Below are positions 38,157-51,697 of a stretch of 64,000 nucleotides of DNA, one piece after another. Each line of letters starts with the position of its first letter. Position 1 is the first letter of the stretch. Source of the stretch: Octopus sinensis (lineage: Eukaryota); contig NC_043014.1 in NCBI RefSeq assembly GCF_006345805.1, forward strand, positions 35,402,001 to 35,466,000, given 5' to 3'. A program made the position numbers and the translations under genes. The notes beneath the pieces are model-generated. The model was not told the DNA's origin. It ran no database searches and saw only the letters and a program-made list of their open reading frames with translations.

Positions 38157-39320
38157 GGTTTCTTTTTAATTATATTGTTTGTTTTGGAGACAAGAGAGGA
38201 AGAAGGGGAAAAATAACTTTATTAACATTGGAACTACGTTCAGGAATATCAGTAACATTATAATATAAATGCTTCTTCTTTATCCATCATTATTACTATT
38301 AATAAAATCATAATAAAATGACCACGAAGAAGCTCTCTTGATGGACAAGAGGTGACCCAGAGTTCCGAAAAGCAATGGAGTTACACTATAAAATAATTCT
38401 CACCCAAATTAAATGTTTGAAGGAGAAGCAGTAGAACAGCATTTTGTCAGCAGGATTGGAAAGAGACCAACGAATATCAGATGATTTTGATGTCCATCAA
38501 GAGGACTTCTTCGTGGTCATTTTATTATTATTTTATTAATAGTAATGAAGATGGATGAATAAGAAACATTTATATTATAAAAACGCCGCCCTTTTCAAGC
38601 CTAGCCAGGCTCATGGGTCCGGTTTCCCGGTTTCTGTGGCGTATGTATTCCCCCCAGTTGGACGGGACGCCAGTCCATCGCAGCGTTACTCAAGAAACAG
38701 GAAGAGAGAGTGAGAGAAAGTTGTGGCGAAAGAGTACAACAGGGGTCACCACCACCTCCTGTCGTAGCCTCGTGGAGCTTTTAGGTGTTTTCGCTCAATA
38801 AACACACACAACGCCCGGTCTGGGAATCGAAACCTCGATCCCCCGACCACGAGTCCACTGCCCTAACCACTGGGCCATTGCGCTTCCACATTTATATTAT
38901 ACTGTTACTGATATTTCTGAATGTAATTCCAATGTTAATAACGTGATTTTTTTCTTCTTCCTCTCATCTTCAAAACAATGTAATTGAAAAGAAACCTCTC
39001 TCTGTCACTCTTTCTTTCTCTCTGTCTCTGTCTCTCTCTCTCTCTTTATCTATCTATCTATCTTGCCCCCCCCCCAATTTGCTTTTCCTCCCTTTCTTCA
39101 CAAAAACCAAAAAAATGTTCCCCTCTTCTAGACGAAGCAAAAAACATCCATAAAAGAAAAAAAGAAAAAAACAAAGCGAAAACGTCACATACCAAAACAA
39201 GGAAACGCTCTGTGTTTGTCGTTACCATTTTGATTTTAACTCTTATCTTGAAGAATTCGTTCAAACGAACGAAAGTGATAATAATAAAGAATTATCCACA
39301 CTTTTGACTGCCTCCTTTGT
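37782..39320. repeat. Large imperfect foldback (arms ~37782-38347 and 38491-39320), right arm interrupted by a SINE
   Basis: AAAGGAGGCAGTCAAAA / TTTTGACTGCCTCCTTT at the outer ends and ACCACGAAGAAG..CTCTTGATGGACA / TGTCCATCAAGAG..CTTCTTCGTGGT at the inner ends. Confidence 0.9.
38581..38888 (-). mobile_element. tRNA-Arg-like SINE, family A (tail X)
   Basis: TSD CATTTATATTATA at 38567 and 38889. Confidence 0.9.
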
Positions 39321-39360
39321 TTCTCGATATTCAATATCTACACCGCTTCAAACACACACG

Positions 39361-39442
<82 letters not shown>

Positions 39443-40094
39443 GCATACATATATATACACATATGGGTGTGTGTGAATGTATACATACGCATACATACAC
39501 ACATACACTTATATACAAATATATATAAGTGTGTATATATGTGCAGATATATACATATATATATCTATGAAAACATATATGAATGCATACACGCATTCAT
39601 CGTTTTTTTTTTGTTTTTTTTTGCATTCCTTTTTGTCCCCGAAGGATTAGAAGCAAAGTCGAGCTTGGCGGAATTTGAACTGAGAACGTAAAACCAGAAG
39701 AAATGCCGCTAAGTATTTTGTCCGGCGTGCTAACGATTCTGCCAACTTGCTGCCTTTACTGATAATAATAACAATCATGATATCTTATTTTGTGGGGACT
39801 GGTAGCGGTGTGGTCCATTAAATCAACTTCAGCATTTTGCAAGTGCCCGACCTTCAATGTATAAAAAACAAATTTGACGTCAGTGGAATTTGAACTCAAA
39901 ACATCAAAAAAGAAATTACAAACCAAAATATCGTATCTCAACGCAATAGACTTGTGGAAAAGGAACAAAGTCTTCGCAATCGACACCAATTTATGAATGA
40001 TACCATTGATATTGTGACTAAATTGAGGTATTTGAATTTAAAATTCAAAGGTAAAATCTTGTAAGGAAAGAGTAAAGCTCTAATCAATACCCAT

Positions 40095-40570
40095 TTAGAA
40101 CCAACGTGAAATTTTGCATTAAACTTGGGAAGTCTGCAACAGAGATATTGAGTATGCTTCGGCAAGCTTACGGCGATGAGGCAATGGGTTCTATGCAATA
40201 TTTCGAGTTGTACGGCCGCTACAAAAGCGGGAGAACGACCATGAAAGACGATGAGCGATCTGGAAGATCTGCCACGAACGTCACCCCCGGAAATGTAACA
40301 TTGTGCATTGAAAATTCGTCAAGCGAGAGTTCTACTGTGACGTTTTGAAGCGTTTGGGGAAGGACATTTGTCGAAAGCGACCGGATCTGTAGAGCGCGGA
40401 GAATTGGATTCTTTATGGAGACAAACCACCCTGTCACCAAGCTCTCCTCACTCATAAGTTTCTCGCCCAAAACAGCATAATATCGATTCCACGCCCAGTC
40501 TATTCACCAGATTTAACACATACGGACTTCAATTTCTTCCCCAAGTGAAAATACTTTTCAAAGATTACTG
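40095..40570 (+). pseudogene. Degenerate, internally deleted mariner transposase
   Basis: KFCIKLGKSATE...YGDEAM...DDERSGR (HTH region), then EFYCDVLKRL and VYSPDLTHTDF in other frames. Confidence 0.85.
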
Positions 40571-40589
40571 TTCCTGAGCTGTGATAAGG

Positions 40590-40800
40590 CTGTGAGCTGG
40601 CAGAAACGTTAGCACGCCGGGCGAAATGTTTAGCAGTATTTCGTATGTCTTTACGTTCTGAGCTCAAATTCCGCCGAGATCGACTTTGCTTCTCATCCTT
40701 TCGGGGTCGATAAATTAAGTACCATTTGCGTACTGGGGTCGATCTAATCGACTCGATCCCTCCCCAAAAATTCTGGCCTTGTGCCTAGAGTAGAAAAGAT
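40590..40800 (+). mobile_element. Family C SINE monomer (GGCCTTGTGCCTAGAGTAGAAAAG tail)
   Basis: Same tail as the last unit of 48662-49234. Confidence 0.9.
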
Positions 40801-41565
40801 TCTCTTTGAGACATCTCAACGGGCGTGCTATGTTAAAAACAATGACTATCGGAGAGAAACGAAAAATAGCCGCTGCAGCAGCCAATCAAAATGCCAGATG
40901 AATTTCATTTTTTAACCCTTTTCAATGACGTGTATTCGCAGCCAGCTACATGACTGTGTGAGAATTCGTCCCCTCATAGGAAACGAGGAATTAAACATTC
41001 ACTGATGTTGCTAATAGGGTTTATAAGAATTTGATAACCGCTATAGAGACAGCATTAAATCAAAATAGCCATCTATATATCATACTTAATACACATACAC
41101 CGTTTATACATCGTTGACTGGCAAGATACTGCGATATTCGTTCTGAGATAACATCCCTTATGGACGTGTTGTGTTACAAATACAATAAATAAATATCGGA
41201 AGGAGACGAGAAATCGGTATGAAAAAGAGACACATATAAATTCATATAAGGCATTTTGGCCCATATTATAGTGTTTCTGTCAACTTAACCTCCTTATAGT
41301 TTGAAAGCAAAAAATCGCTCTTCACCATAGAATCCCCTTTCCAAACCTTTGACAGTTTCTCTCCTTTCTAAACAGCAATAAATCACTAAGCGTTTAAAAT
41401 TTATCCCTTCAGTTTTTACTTTCAGAAATTCAAATCTTGATACAATTGTGGATAAGGCAAAATCTTATGGCCCAAACCTCGTGATTAGTTGTATGTTGTT
41501 TATGACTACGAAACCTAACTCACAAATGTTTCAGTTTACCTTCTTCTCAATAGGTACTGCACGGT

Positions 41566-41820
41566 ACATACATACATACATACATACATACATACATACA
41601 TACATACATACATACATACATACATACATACATACATACATACATACATGCATACATACATACAAACATACATACATACATACATACATACATACATACA
41701 TACATACGTACGTACATACATGCATACATGCATGCATACATACATACATACATACATACATACATACATACATACATACATACATACATACATACATACA
41801 TACATACATTCATACATACG
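41566..41820. repeat. (TACA)n microsatellite
   Basis: Directly visible. Confidence 0.97.
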
Positions 41821-42358
41821 TATGTACTTACGTACGTACGTACGTTCATACCTGCATAGATACATACATATATACATACATGCACATAAAAACAAACGTA
41901 TACATACATAAATATACATATATGCGTGCGAATACCATATCTGAAGACATAAAAAAACGCGTGGGCATGCAAGGCGCACCCCAAATTCAGCAGTAAAAAA
42001 AGAGCACCAGGGGCAAAATTAGCTTACGGGCGGCCCAACTTCGCATATAGGACCCGAGGTAAATTTTATTTTTAGCTACAGTTTTGGTAGAAAAATGCCT
42101 CTTTTGCGATCAAATATGATGTGTGTGTGTGTGTGTGTGTGTGTGTGTTGTGTGTGTGTGTGTGTCGCGTATGCACGTGCGAGTTTGTGTATGTGTGCGA
42201 GTGTATTTTATGTACAACACAGCGTGAATCTAAGGTACCGAAATAAATTTAAATATTAGAAACTTTTTAACTGTGATCATGAAACTATACAAGTATGTAA
42301 ACACAAACCGTCTGTACTTTCAATGTGCGGGAAAAAGATGAGAGGGAGCTTCCTGAGA

Positions 42359-42467
<109 letters not shown>

Positions 42468-43160
42468 CTTTGTGCTTGTGTCTCCGTGAGAGTGCGTGTG
42501 TAAAATCATCCAAATTTCCTTATGCCGCTAATGACCTTGAAAAATAAAAAGACACATCTCATTATCTCACCTCCGAGAAACATATGGTCTTCAGTCTAGT
42601 CAAAAGCAGGTAATGTCTGTCTAAGTATGGTATTACATATAAAACGCCACAGGCCTGTAAACATTCCACCATGTGTCTGTCATACAAGTACACTTTCCAG
42701 AACAGTACACATATGTACATATGTATATGAATTAGTAAAACTTACACAACACGAAGTGGAGCATATAAATTCATTAATTCCTAAAATAAGAATATACAGA
42801 TATATTAATAAGTCAAACGCGTGAGTGTAGATGACCTTTGCATAGCCTCCTCCCAGACTGTGCGTACTGTGTCGGTGAGTCTTTCCCAATTAAAAATATA
42901 ACCTTCCTTCGAGAGAGTCTCAAATGAAATTTGCGTGTGCGTAGTTGTAACACCGTCCTACAGATATGAGCAACCCTCTAATGTGAGTACTAGTTAAGCA
43001 TTTTTTAAGTAATGAACCAATCCCCTTCTGTCGTTTTATAAACGGTTGCAAGAAATTGAGTAACGTATTCCTAATTTCACAGTCTTTAAATAAAACTAGT
43101 AGTTTGAAATGCATTTCAATCGTAGCTCTTCCGAGTAAGAGCTGACCTGACGCTATACAA

Positions 43161-43491
43161 CAATGATTCACAACCAGGGCACATGTGACGCCTCCATATA
43201 CGATTTGGGGGGTCCACACAAGCAAAATAGTAAACTGGGTCCACAATAATATTTTACGGGTGTGTGAAAGATATTTGTTTTAGATGTATGTATTGGAAGA
43301 AACAGCTGGTTTTCTTTCTCTAACGGTTTACATAGTTCAGCCTACACGAGGGAATGTGTGAAAAACAAAGTAAGAATTTTGAAAGATGGATCTGTAAATC
43401 TAGTTTTTAAACATCTAGTACTTATGGAGGTTTACCAGAATAAAATGGTAACCAAAGAAGTCCATAGTTAAAAAATAGTTGAGAAACACTG
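43161..43491. mobile_element. Old hAT-type (MER5-like) MITE
   Basis: Ends CAATGATTCACAAC / GTTGAGAAACACTG with internal GGGGGTCCA. TSD not recognisable. Confidence 0.5.
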
Positions 43492-43892
43492 TTATCACTG
43501 CTATACAACGACAACAACAATACCACTATTATAAATGTCTATAAACGGTCTCTCTTCCCTCTTGTTAGTCTGAAACAAAGAAAATAGCCAAGAAACAAAC
43601 AACCAAAATGCCCCAAACAGAAAGTGCTGTTACAACGACTTCTACAAAACATGGAGGTCCATAATGTGGTGATTGTGATGGCGGTGGTGTATGCGTGTTT
43701 GTGTGTATGTGCGTGTGTGTGTGATTGGTGTGCACATGGTTAAGAAATTCGCTTCGTCGAGTTCGACCCCACTGTTTATCACATAAGAAAGTGTCTTCTA
43801 CCATAGCCTTTACTCGACAGAGTCTTATGAATGAAACTGTGTGCAGGAAATGGTGCGAGATTTTGTCGAGTGGACTCCATGTGTACGAGAAA

Positions 43893-44260
43893 TGTTCATT
43901 AAAGATTTCTCCTGACCCACTTCCCAAGGACTGTGATAAACGAAACCTGCCATAATTATTAGTCCTTCTCTGCATAGCCACCACCAATGGTGACACACTT
44001 CTTCCATTGCTTTATGCAGCTGTGAAGACCTCGTCAGTAGAAGTCGGTAGGTTGTGTCTGGAACCAAGACTTTATAGATCTGCATTCAACTACTTCCATT
44101 ATAACACCTTAGTTCACTTCAGCAGCAGTAAAAGTCAAACGAATACTAGTGGGAAGCGGCAATTTACAATGTGACATATAGAGACATGTCTAATTATACC
44201 TGTACAAGTTCCGTTTCCTGAAATTACCGGAAGTGGGTCAGAGAAAATCTTTAATGAACA
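43893..44260. mobile_element. Unclassified MITE-like element
   Basis: TGTTCATTAAAGATTTCTCCTGACCCACTTCC / GGAAGTGGGTCAGAGAAAATCTTTAATGAACA are inverted, with weaker symmetry further inward. Confidence 0.7.
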
Positions 44261-45277
44261 CCTGTTATTACAACAGAAAGGTCCAAATTCGTCACACGCT
44301 ATCACGCTGATTTTAGTTGAGGATTACGTAAAGAAGACAAATGTCTGGAAAATTCTCAGCCACGTAAGGTATAAGAATTAAAGGAGAAATACTCTGTGTT
44401 CTAGTATTCGATGAATTCAGTGATCAGTCGATCAAAGCATTTTTTGGATTTGGGGAAGGAGGCAATTTATTCAGGGTAGAGAGAAAGGCCTTAGAGGCTT
44501 TATTCATTTTAGGGTCTCCGAGATTCATGAGAGAATAAAAATGGAACTGATCTTCAAACCAGAAACTTCACATGCATGCTTAAAAGAGAATAATCTCCAC
44601 TAAAGCTCAGTCAAGGACCTGGTGGTAGTGTTAAATCGCACAATTGATTAAGATATCCATTCAGCATCTCAGAACGCAAAAGCTGGAACATATACAAGGC
44701 ATCTTGCCTCGACCCTAGAATAATTCTACCAATACATCAACACGTCCCCACTGGGACATTCATCATCACGTTCAAGGGAGGATTCATTTATTTTATTTAC
44801 TAGGATGGTGGTAAGAGTGTAACGTGCGTGTATATATGTATGTGTGGTGCATGTGTGTTTGTGTGTTGTGTGTGGGGTATATGTACCTCGAAGTATAAGT
44901 ATGCTATGAGTAGTGCGTGTGTTGTGTGCTGTATGTGTTGTGTATATTGTAAGTCAACTGTGTGAGGTGTATATATGATGTATGCGGTTTTTATGTGCTG
45001 AATGATGTATATTGTCCATACGTGCTGTGCGTGCGTGCCCGCATGTGTGTTTGAGCAGTGTACGATTGCTATGCGTTGTATATGTGTGCTGTATATAGTG
45101 TATATCTGTATATGTGGTGTGTATTGCATTGCAGCGTTATTGATGGTTGTGGAAGGAATATTGTTTTATTGTTTGGGCCTAAATAAGCTCTGATCTACCA
45201 GACTTATGAAACATTTCTACAAAGACCATCCTGTTTTCTTTTAATGCATAATATAACAGGGACTGCATTATCCAATG

Positions 45278-45629
45278 GGTGCTACTTTGGTGTGTGATCT
45301 ACAAGTTAGAGGGCGATTACTTTAGGTTACGTTTTAGTTTATTTTTCAGTTTCTAAAAAGACTTAACGTGTTGGCTACATACATTTTACAATAAATTCTT
45401 TTGTACATAATTAGTATTGTTAGTGTATTTTTAACTCTTGCAATTCTAATAATAATAAAAACATTGCATTTGTGTCTTAGTAAATAATAAGAGACCAAGA
45501 ATAAACAATATAGTAATTAGAATAAGCGTGTAGATCACAGAAGTTTGGCAGCTGTGAGTTTTTCAACGTGAAGAAACTAACCTAAAGTAATCGCCCTTGA
45601 AGTTGTAGAGCACACGCCAAAGTAGCACC
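45278..45629. mobile_element. MITE with ~55-bp TIRs (possibly Merlin-like)
   Basis: GGTGCTACTTTGG...AGGGCGATTACTTTAGGTTA is inverted at 45578-45629. Flanks ATCCAATG / ATTCAAGG match 6/8, a possible 8-bp TSD. Confidence 0.7.
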
Positions 45630-46254
45630 ATTCAAGGGATCCTTTCTTTTTATAAAAGAATAGCCTGTGGGACTTCATTAACCGATATGACCTTATATGC
45701 CAGGTAAGTATCATAGGGTGTCCCCTCTCCATAGACTCTTTCCTCATGGTTTCTATAGAACATACAACTGTTGCTGTTGTTGTTGTTGCTGCTGCTGCTC
45801 TTGTTGCTGTTGTTAAGCAACATGTTGGTAAGGGTGATTAGGTGATGGTCTAGGGCTTAGGGGCGGGAGACCCCAGACATTGGAAAAAAACTTTGGTCGT
45901 CTTGTTCTAGTTGAGGGCCCTTCGTTGACGCCCGACACCACTGGGACGTACCCTCGAAGTCGCTGGAAATGGAGATCTCCAGGTCCAAATTCTTGAACAG
46001 CTACTGCTGCTGTTGTTATTGCTGATGTGTACGACAATAGTGGAACAATTTTTTGTTTATACCAACGTCTGATCAAGTAGATCTATCTATGGTCAAGGGA
46101 ACTCCACGAATAAACATATTGTCTTTTTAGGGATTTTTTTTTTGTTCTCCAAATCTAATACAAGTAGGATTACTTATCCGATATGACCTTCAGACATAGC
46201 TCGTCTAAGACTATATCATCATATGTTTTGTTTCGTTATATTTCTTGCAAGAAA

Positions 46255-46470
46255 GGCGACAAGGTGGCCGAATAGTTAGTACGTTAGGCATTTCGTCCAG
46301 CGTTTCGTCCGTCTCTACGTTCTGAGTTCAAATTCTGCTGAGATCGACTTTGCCTTTCATCCTTTCAGGGACGATAAAACAAATAGCAGTTGAGCACTGG
46401 GATCGATCTAATCGACCTATCCTTCACCTGAACTTGCTTGCCTTGTGCCAAAACTTGAAATCAATATTTC
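46255..46470 (+). mobile_element. Older family C SINE
   Basis: Core motif present. ATTTCTTGCAAGAAAG occurs on both sides as a TSD. Confidence 0.85.
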
Positions 46471-47014
46471 TTGCAAGAAAGATTTTGTTGCTATTTCTAG
46501 CGGGCTAAATGCCTTCCGTACAAGCGCCATTGCTGCCTCGAAAAGATAGAATTTTATGCAAAGAAACGGTGATGAGGGTGGTGGCGTTGGTGATGCTAGT
46601 GGCAGTTTTGATGCTAACGGTAGTTGTGTGTATGTGTGTGGTGTGTGTCTGAAAGAGAGAGAGTGTGTGTGTGGTTACTAGAACGGTGGTAGATCTATAT
46701 ATAGCTACTGCTGCCTACACGCTGTAAAATGATACGTTGTCTATAACATAGAAAGGGTTTCGTTAGTCGTTTGGTAAAGAAGAGATTGCTGAAAGAAATG
46801 GCGTTGAAAGAAGTATGTGAAGCAAAGTAGGACACAGTGTAGAAAACCCGTTGCAAACGCCATCTATTTTCTTCTATCGTCAATCACACTCCACTTCTTC
46901 TTTTTCTTCCCCCCCTCCCTGTTTTCCTTCCTTCCCACCTTCTTGTCTTCTTTTTCGTTTTCTTTCCTTTTTCTGTTCTACCCTCTCGCTCATCCATTCT
47001 CTCTCTCTCTCTCA

Positions 47015-47045
<31 letters not shown>

Positions 47046-47798
47046 GTGTATGTATATATATATAATATATATATATATATATTACACATATATATACATA
47101 TAGATATATATATATATATACATATAATACATATATATATATATAGTGTATAATATCTGTATAATATATATATATATATATATATATAATTGATATATAT
47201 TTAAAATATGCATATTATATATCTTCCAAATACATACACAGACACATGCACACACAGGAATACACACACACACACATATATTTATTCTTCGCATCTCTTT
47301 CTCTCTCTCTCTCTCTTACTATTTATGTATGCTGGAGTGTGTGTATGTGTGTGTATTATGTACCAACATCCCCACATACACCCTCACTCACACACCTGAA
47401 ACATTTCCTCACACTTAGAGCCCATCCGCCCGCCATTAGCCAAGACTAACCCCGGTTTCGCTGAGGCGTTTGGGTGTGGTAACTGTCATAATGATTGTAT
47501 GGGGAAGGAGGTTGCTGGGTAACAGCGCCGGTACAACTATTCCTGGTTGTCGTGATGCTGGTGTTAGTGATGGTACTGAAGGGTACTGGCGGGGGGTGGC
47601 GACGGAGGTGAACAGTGACGGTGGTAGTTGCTCTGGTAGTATGAAGCTAGTAGTGTTAGCGTATTGGTAGTGCTTGTGGTTGTTACGGTGGTGGTGGTGG
47701 CGTCGGCGGTGGTGGTGGTGGTGGTGGCGGCGGCGGTGGTGGTGGTGTTAATCTTAGTATCGGCCACAAAAAGCACTAGTAGTAGAGATGTCGAAAAG

Positions 47799-47843
<45 letters not shown>

Positions 47844-47934
47844 TAGTAGTATTGTAGTAGTAGTAGTAATGCTAGTGATACTTTTGATGGTAACGTTTAT
47901 GTGGGAACGGCTGGCTGGTTGAAGATGTAGCGAT

Positions 47935-47979
<45 letters not shown>

Positions 47980-48661
47980 TATGTGTGTGCGTGTATGTGT
48001 GTGTGTGTGTGTGTATATAAGTGTGTGGATATATTAAAGTATACGTGTTTGTGTGTATGTGATATATATATATATATATATTATATATTATATATACTGT
48101 GTATATATATATATATATATTATACATAAATATATATATATATTATATATATATAGTGTATATATATATATATATGATATAGTGTTATATATATATATAT
48201 ATAGTGTGGTATGTATATAGTGTATATATATATATATAGTGTTATACATATATATATGTGTATGTATATATATATATTATATATAATATATATATTTATA
48301 TATGTGTGTATATATATGTATGTATGCATATATGTATGTATATAAACACACGTACATATATGTGTGTATGTACACACATGCATACATGTAACTCTTACAT
48401 ATTAATAAGATTCATTGGTAACCAATGAAAACACATTGTTATCTTCAGTTTTACGTTCAAATTTCGTTCGTGTCAAAGATGCTTTTCATTCCCTTGGGGT
48501 CGTTGTATTAAGGTACGCGTCAAGTATTGGCATCGACGATATCAACAAGCTCCACCTACCCCTTAAAAGGTTACTGATTTTGTGACTCTGTAAGGAATCC
48601 TTGTTTCACTACTAAGCAACTACCAAACTCTCTGTTGCCACAATTTTTAGTGAGCGAAAGA

Positions 48662-49234
48662 CGGCGAGCTGGCAGAAATGTTAGCACGCCGGGCGAAATG
48701 CTTAGCGGTATTTCGTCTGCCGTTACGTTCTGAGTTCATATTCCGCCGAGGTCGACTTTGCCTTTCATCCTTTCGGGGTCGATTAAATAAGTACCAGTTA
48801 CGCACTGGGGTCGATATAATCGACTTAATCTGTCCTTGTTTGTCCTCTCTGTGTTTAGCCCCTTGTAAGTAGTAAAGTATTAGAAATAGGTATTTCGTCT
48901 GCCGTTACGTTCTGAGCTCAAAGTCCACCAAGGTCGACTTTGCCTTTCATCCTTTCGGGGTCGATAAATTAAGTACCAGTTACGCACTGAGGTCGATATA
49001 ATCGACTTAATCCGTTTGTCTGTCCTTGTTTTCCCTCTCTGTGTAGCCCTTTGTGGGCAGTAAAGAAATAGGTATTTCGTCTGCCGCTACGTTCTGAGTT
49101 CAAATCCCGCCGAGATCGACTTTGCCTGTCATCCTTTGGGGTCGATAAATTAAGTACCAGTTGCGTACTGAGGTCAATCTAATCGACTAGTCCCCTCCCC
49201 AAAAATTTCGAGCCTTGTGCCTAGAGTAGAAAAG
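48662..49234 (+). mobile_element. Family C SINE trimer (~183-bp period) with mixed tails
   Basis: GTATTTCGTCTGCCG at ~48708, 48890 and 49072. TSD AATTTTTAGWGAGYGAA at 48642 and 49235. Confidence 0.92.
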
Positions 49235-49629
49235 AATTTTTAGAGAGTGAACGAAAACACCTGGGGTAAATGTTCCGACTCTTTACATTCTGTATTGAAA
49301 TTCTGCCGAAGTTAACTTTTCCTTACATCACACGGAGGTCGATAAATAATACTATCACTCAACAACAAAGATCACAAAATTTAAGGCATCGTGCTTATTT
49401 TAGAAATGAACATTTAGCTATCACGTTGTCTCGTCGTACATTCTTTCTTTCTGTTATACGCACAAGACCTGAAATTTTTTCGGGGCGGGGCTCGTCGATT
49501 ACATCGATTCCATTTGCTTCACTGGTGCTTCTTTCATTGACACTGAAAGGATGAAAGGCAAAAACGACTACGGCAATACTTAAACATTTGAACGTAAAGC
49601 CAAAGGAAATGCATTTTTTTCTAGGCCAG

Positions 49630-50075
49630 ATTCTTATTTCTATCAGTCCATTTTGCAAAACCTGCAAAGTTACGGGGATGTAAACAAGCCAACACCGATG
49701 ATCAAGCAGCGATGAGGGACAAACACAAATAGAAACACACACACACACATACATATACGATGAGCTTCTTTCAGTTTCCATCCACAAACTCTATTTACAA
49801 GGCTTTTTGTTGGCCAGGGGTTATTACGGAAGGAGCCATGAAGTGCGACTGAATCCGGAGATATGTGGTTGGGAAGCGAACTTTTTTCCACACAGTCACG
49901 CCTATTCACGCGCGTGCGCGCTCATATACGATGAGCTTCTTTCAGTTTCCGTCCACAAACTCCATTTACAAGGCTTTTTGTTGGCCCGGGGTTATTGCAG
50001 AAGATATTTGCCCAAGGAGCCATGCAGTGGGACTGAATTCGGAAATATGCAGTTGGGAAGCAAACTTTCCACACA
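49630..50075 (-). mobile_element. SINE family B with its 5' half tandemly duplicated
   Basis: CATATACGATGAGCTTCTTTCAGTTTCC.TCCACAAACTC at 49752 and 49923. Confidence 0.8.
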
Positions 50076-50082
50076 CACACAC

Positions 50083-50114
<32 letters not shown>

Positions 50115-50309
50115 TACACACACATACACACACACACGCGCAATCACATATGCTTGCGTGGGTCAAGCGGAATTTGTTGGGATGACTTCTCTGTTGCGAA
50201 GACTCACGTATTTCCAATGAAAGTAATCTCTCCCCACAATATGTAGAAGATTGTTTACGAAAAGCATCGCTTCTGTGGCGAGGAAACTTGGCTCCTACTA
50301 CTACTACTA

Positions 50310-50347
<38 letters not shown>

Positions 50348-50479
50348 ATACACACACACACAAACCCACACACGCACACGCACACACACATAAACATACA
50401 TACATACATACATCTTTCAGTCTCCGTCTTCCAGACCCAGTCACAAGGCTTTGGTTGGCCTGCAGCTATAGTGCAAGAC

Positions 50480-50876
50480 ACGGTGAGCTGGCAGAATCGT
50501 TAGCACGCCGGGCGAAATACTTAACGGTATTGCGTCTGCCGTTACGTTCAAATTCCGCCGAGGTCGACTTTGCCTTTCAACCTTTCGGGGTCGATTAAAA
50601 AAGTACCAATTACGCACTGGGGTCAATGTAATCGATTTAATCCGTTTGTTCTTGTTTGTCCTCTCTGTGTTTAGTCCCTTGTGGGTAGTAAAGAAATAGG
50701 TATTTCGTCTGCCGTTACGTTCTGCGTTCAAATTCCGCCGAGGTCGACTTTGCCTTTCATCCTTTCGGAGTAGATTAAAGAAGTACGCACTGGGGTCGAT
50801 ATAATTGACTTAATCCCTTTGTCTGTCCTCGTTTGTCTCCTCGATGTTTAGCCCCTCTGTAGGCAATAAAGAAATA
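50480..50876 (+). mobile_element. Family C SINE dimer inserted into a family B SINE (50413-50960, minus strand)
   Basis: TSD TATAGTRCAAGA at 50467 and 50877. Confidence 0.9.
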
Positions 50877-50989
50877 TATAGTACAAGAAGCGTGCACAAA
50901 GTGCCTTGCAGTGGGACTGAACCCGAAATCTTGCGTTTGAGAAGGAAACCGCATAACCATGTCTAAGCATACATACATATATGTAAGTG

Positions 50990-51056
<67 letters not shown>

Positions 51057-51697
51057 CGTGCGTGCGTGTGTATATTTGTGTGCGTTTGTGTGAGTATGTA
51101 GGTTTTTGTATTGAAGATTTTCCGCATTTCAGTTCTAAGCCTATATAATGTGTTAGTGGAGAAAATAAATTTCGGTCATCCCTCGGCGTTTGTAGACCTG
51201 TTTGTGTCCTGAATTAATACTTTCAATGAAATGATTTCAATTAACAGTTCCTATAACTGCATTGTTTCGTCGTAGGCGTGAATCATGGGAAAACTGAGGC
51301 GTACAACTAATTATTGGACTTTAAAACTTCTGGTCGTTCATATCAGGTTTCATTTGACTGAAATACTCTAGCAGTGATGTCTAGACTAATGCTGTTACTG
51401 CGATACCATTATCGTTTATTAAGTTTTATGTTATTTTGTTAAATTAATATAACATTGTTACGAAGATTAGTGAAGTGGTAGGAACGCTAAACGTCGGCTG
51501 GGTTTCTAGTTTCATCATTTTACGATGTTCCATTCCTGCTAATACCAAATTTGTCTTTCATTCCTCCAGATTCATTAAAATCAGTATATATCAGCAACGG
51601 AAGTCAGTTTTTTATTGACTATAATAACTAACCCATCAAATTGTTAGCTTTTGTTGGGTTTTTGTTGTTTTTTTTGCCGAGATTAGCTATAACAATA

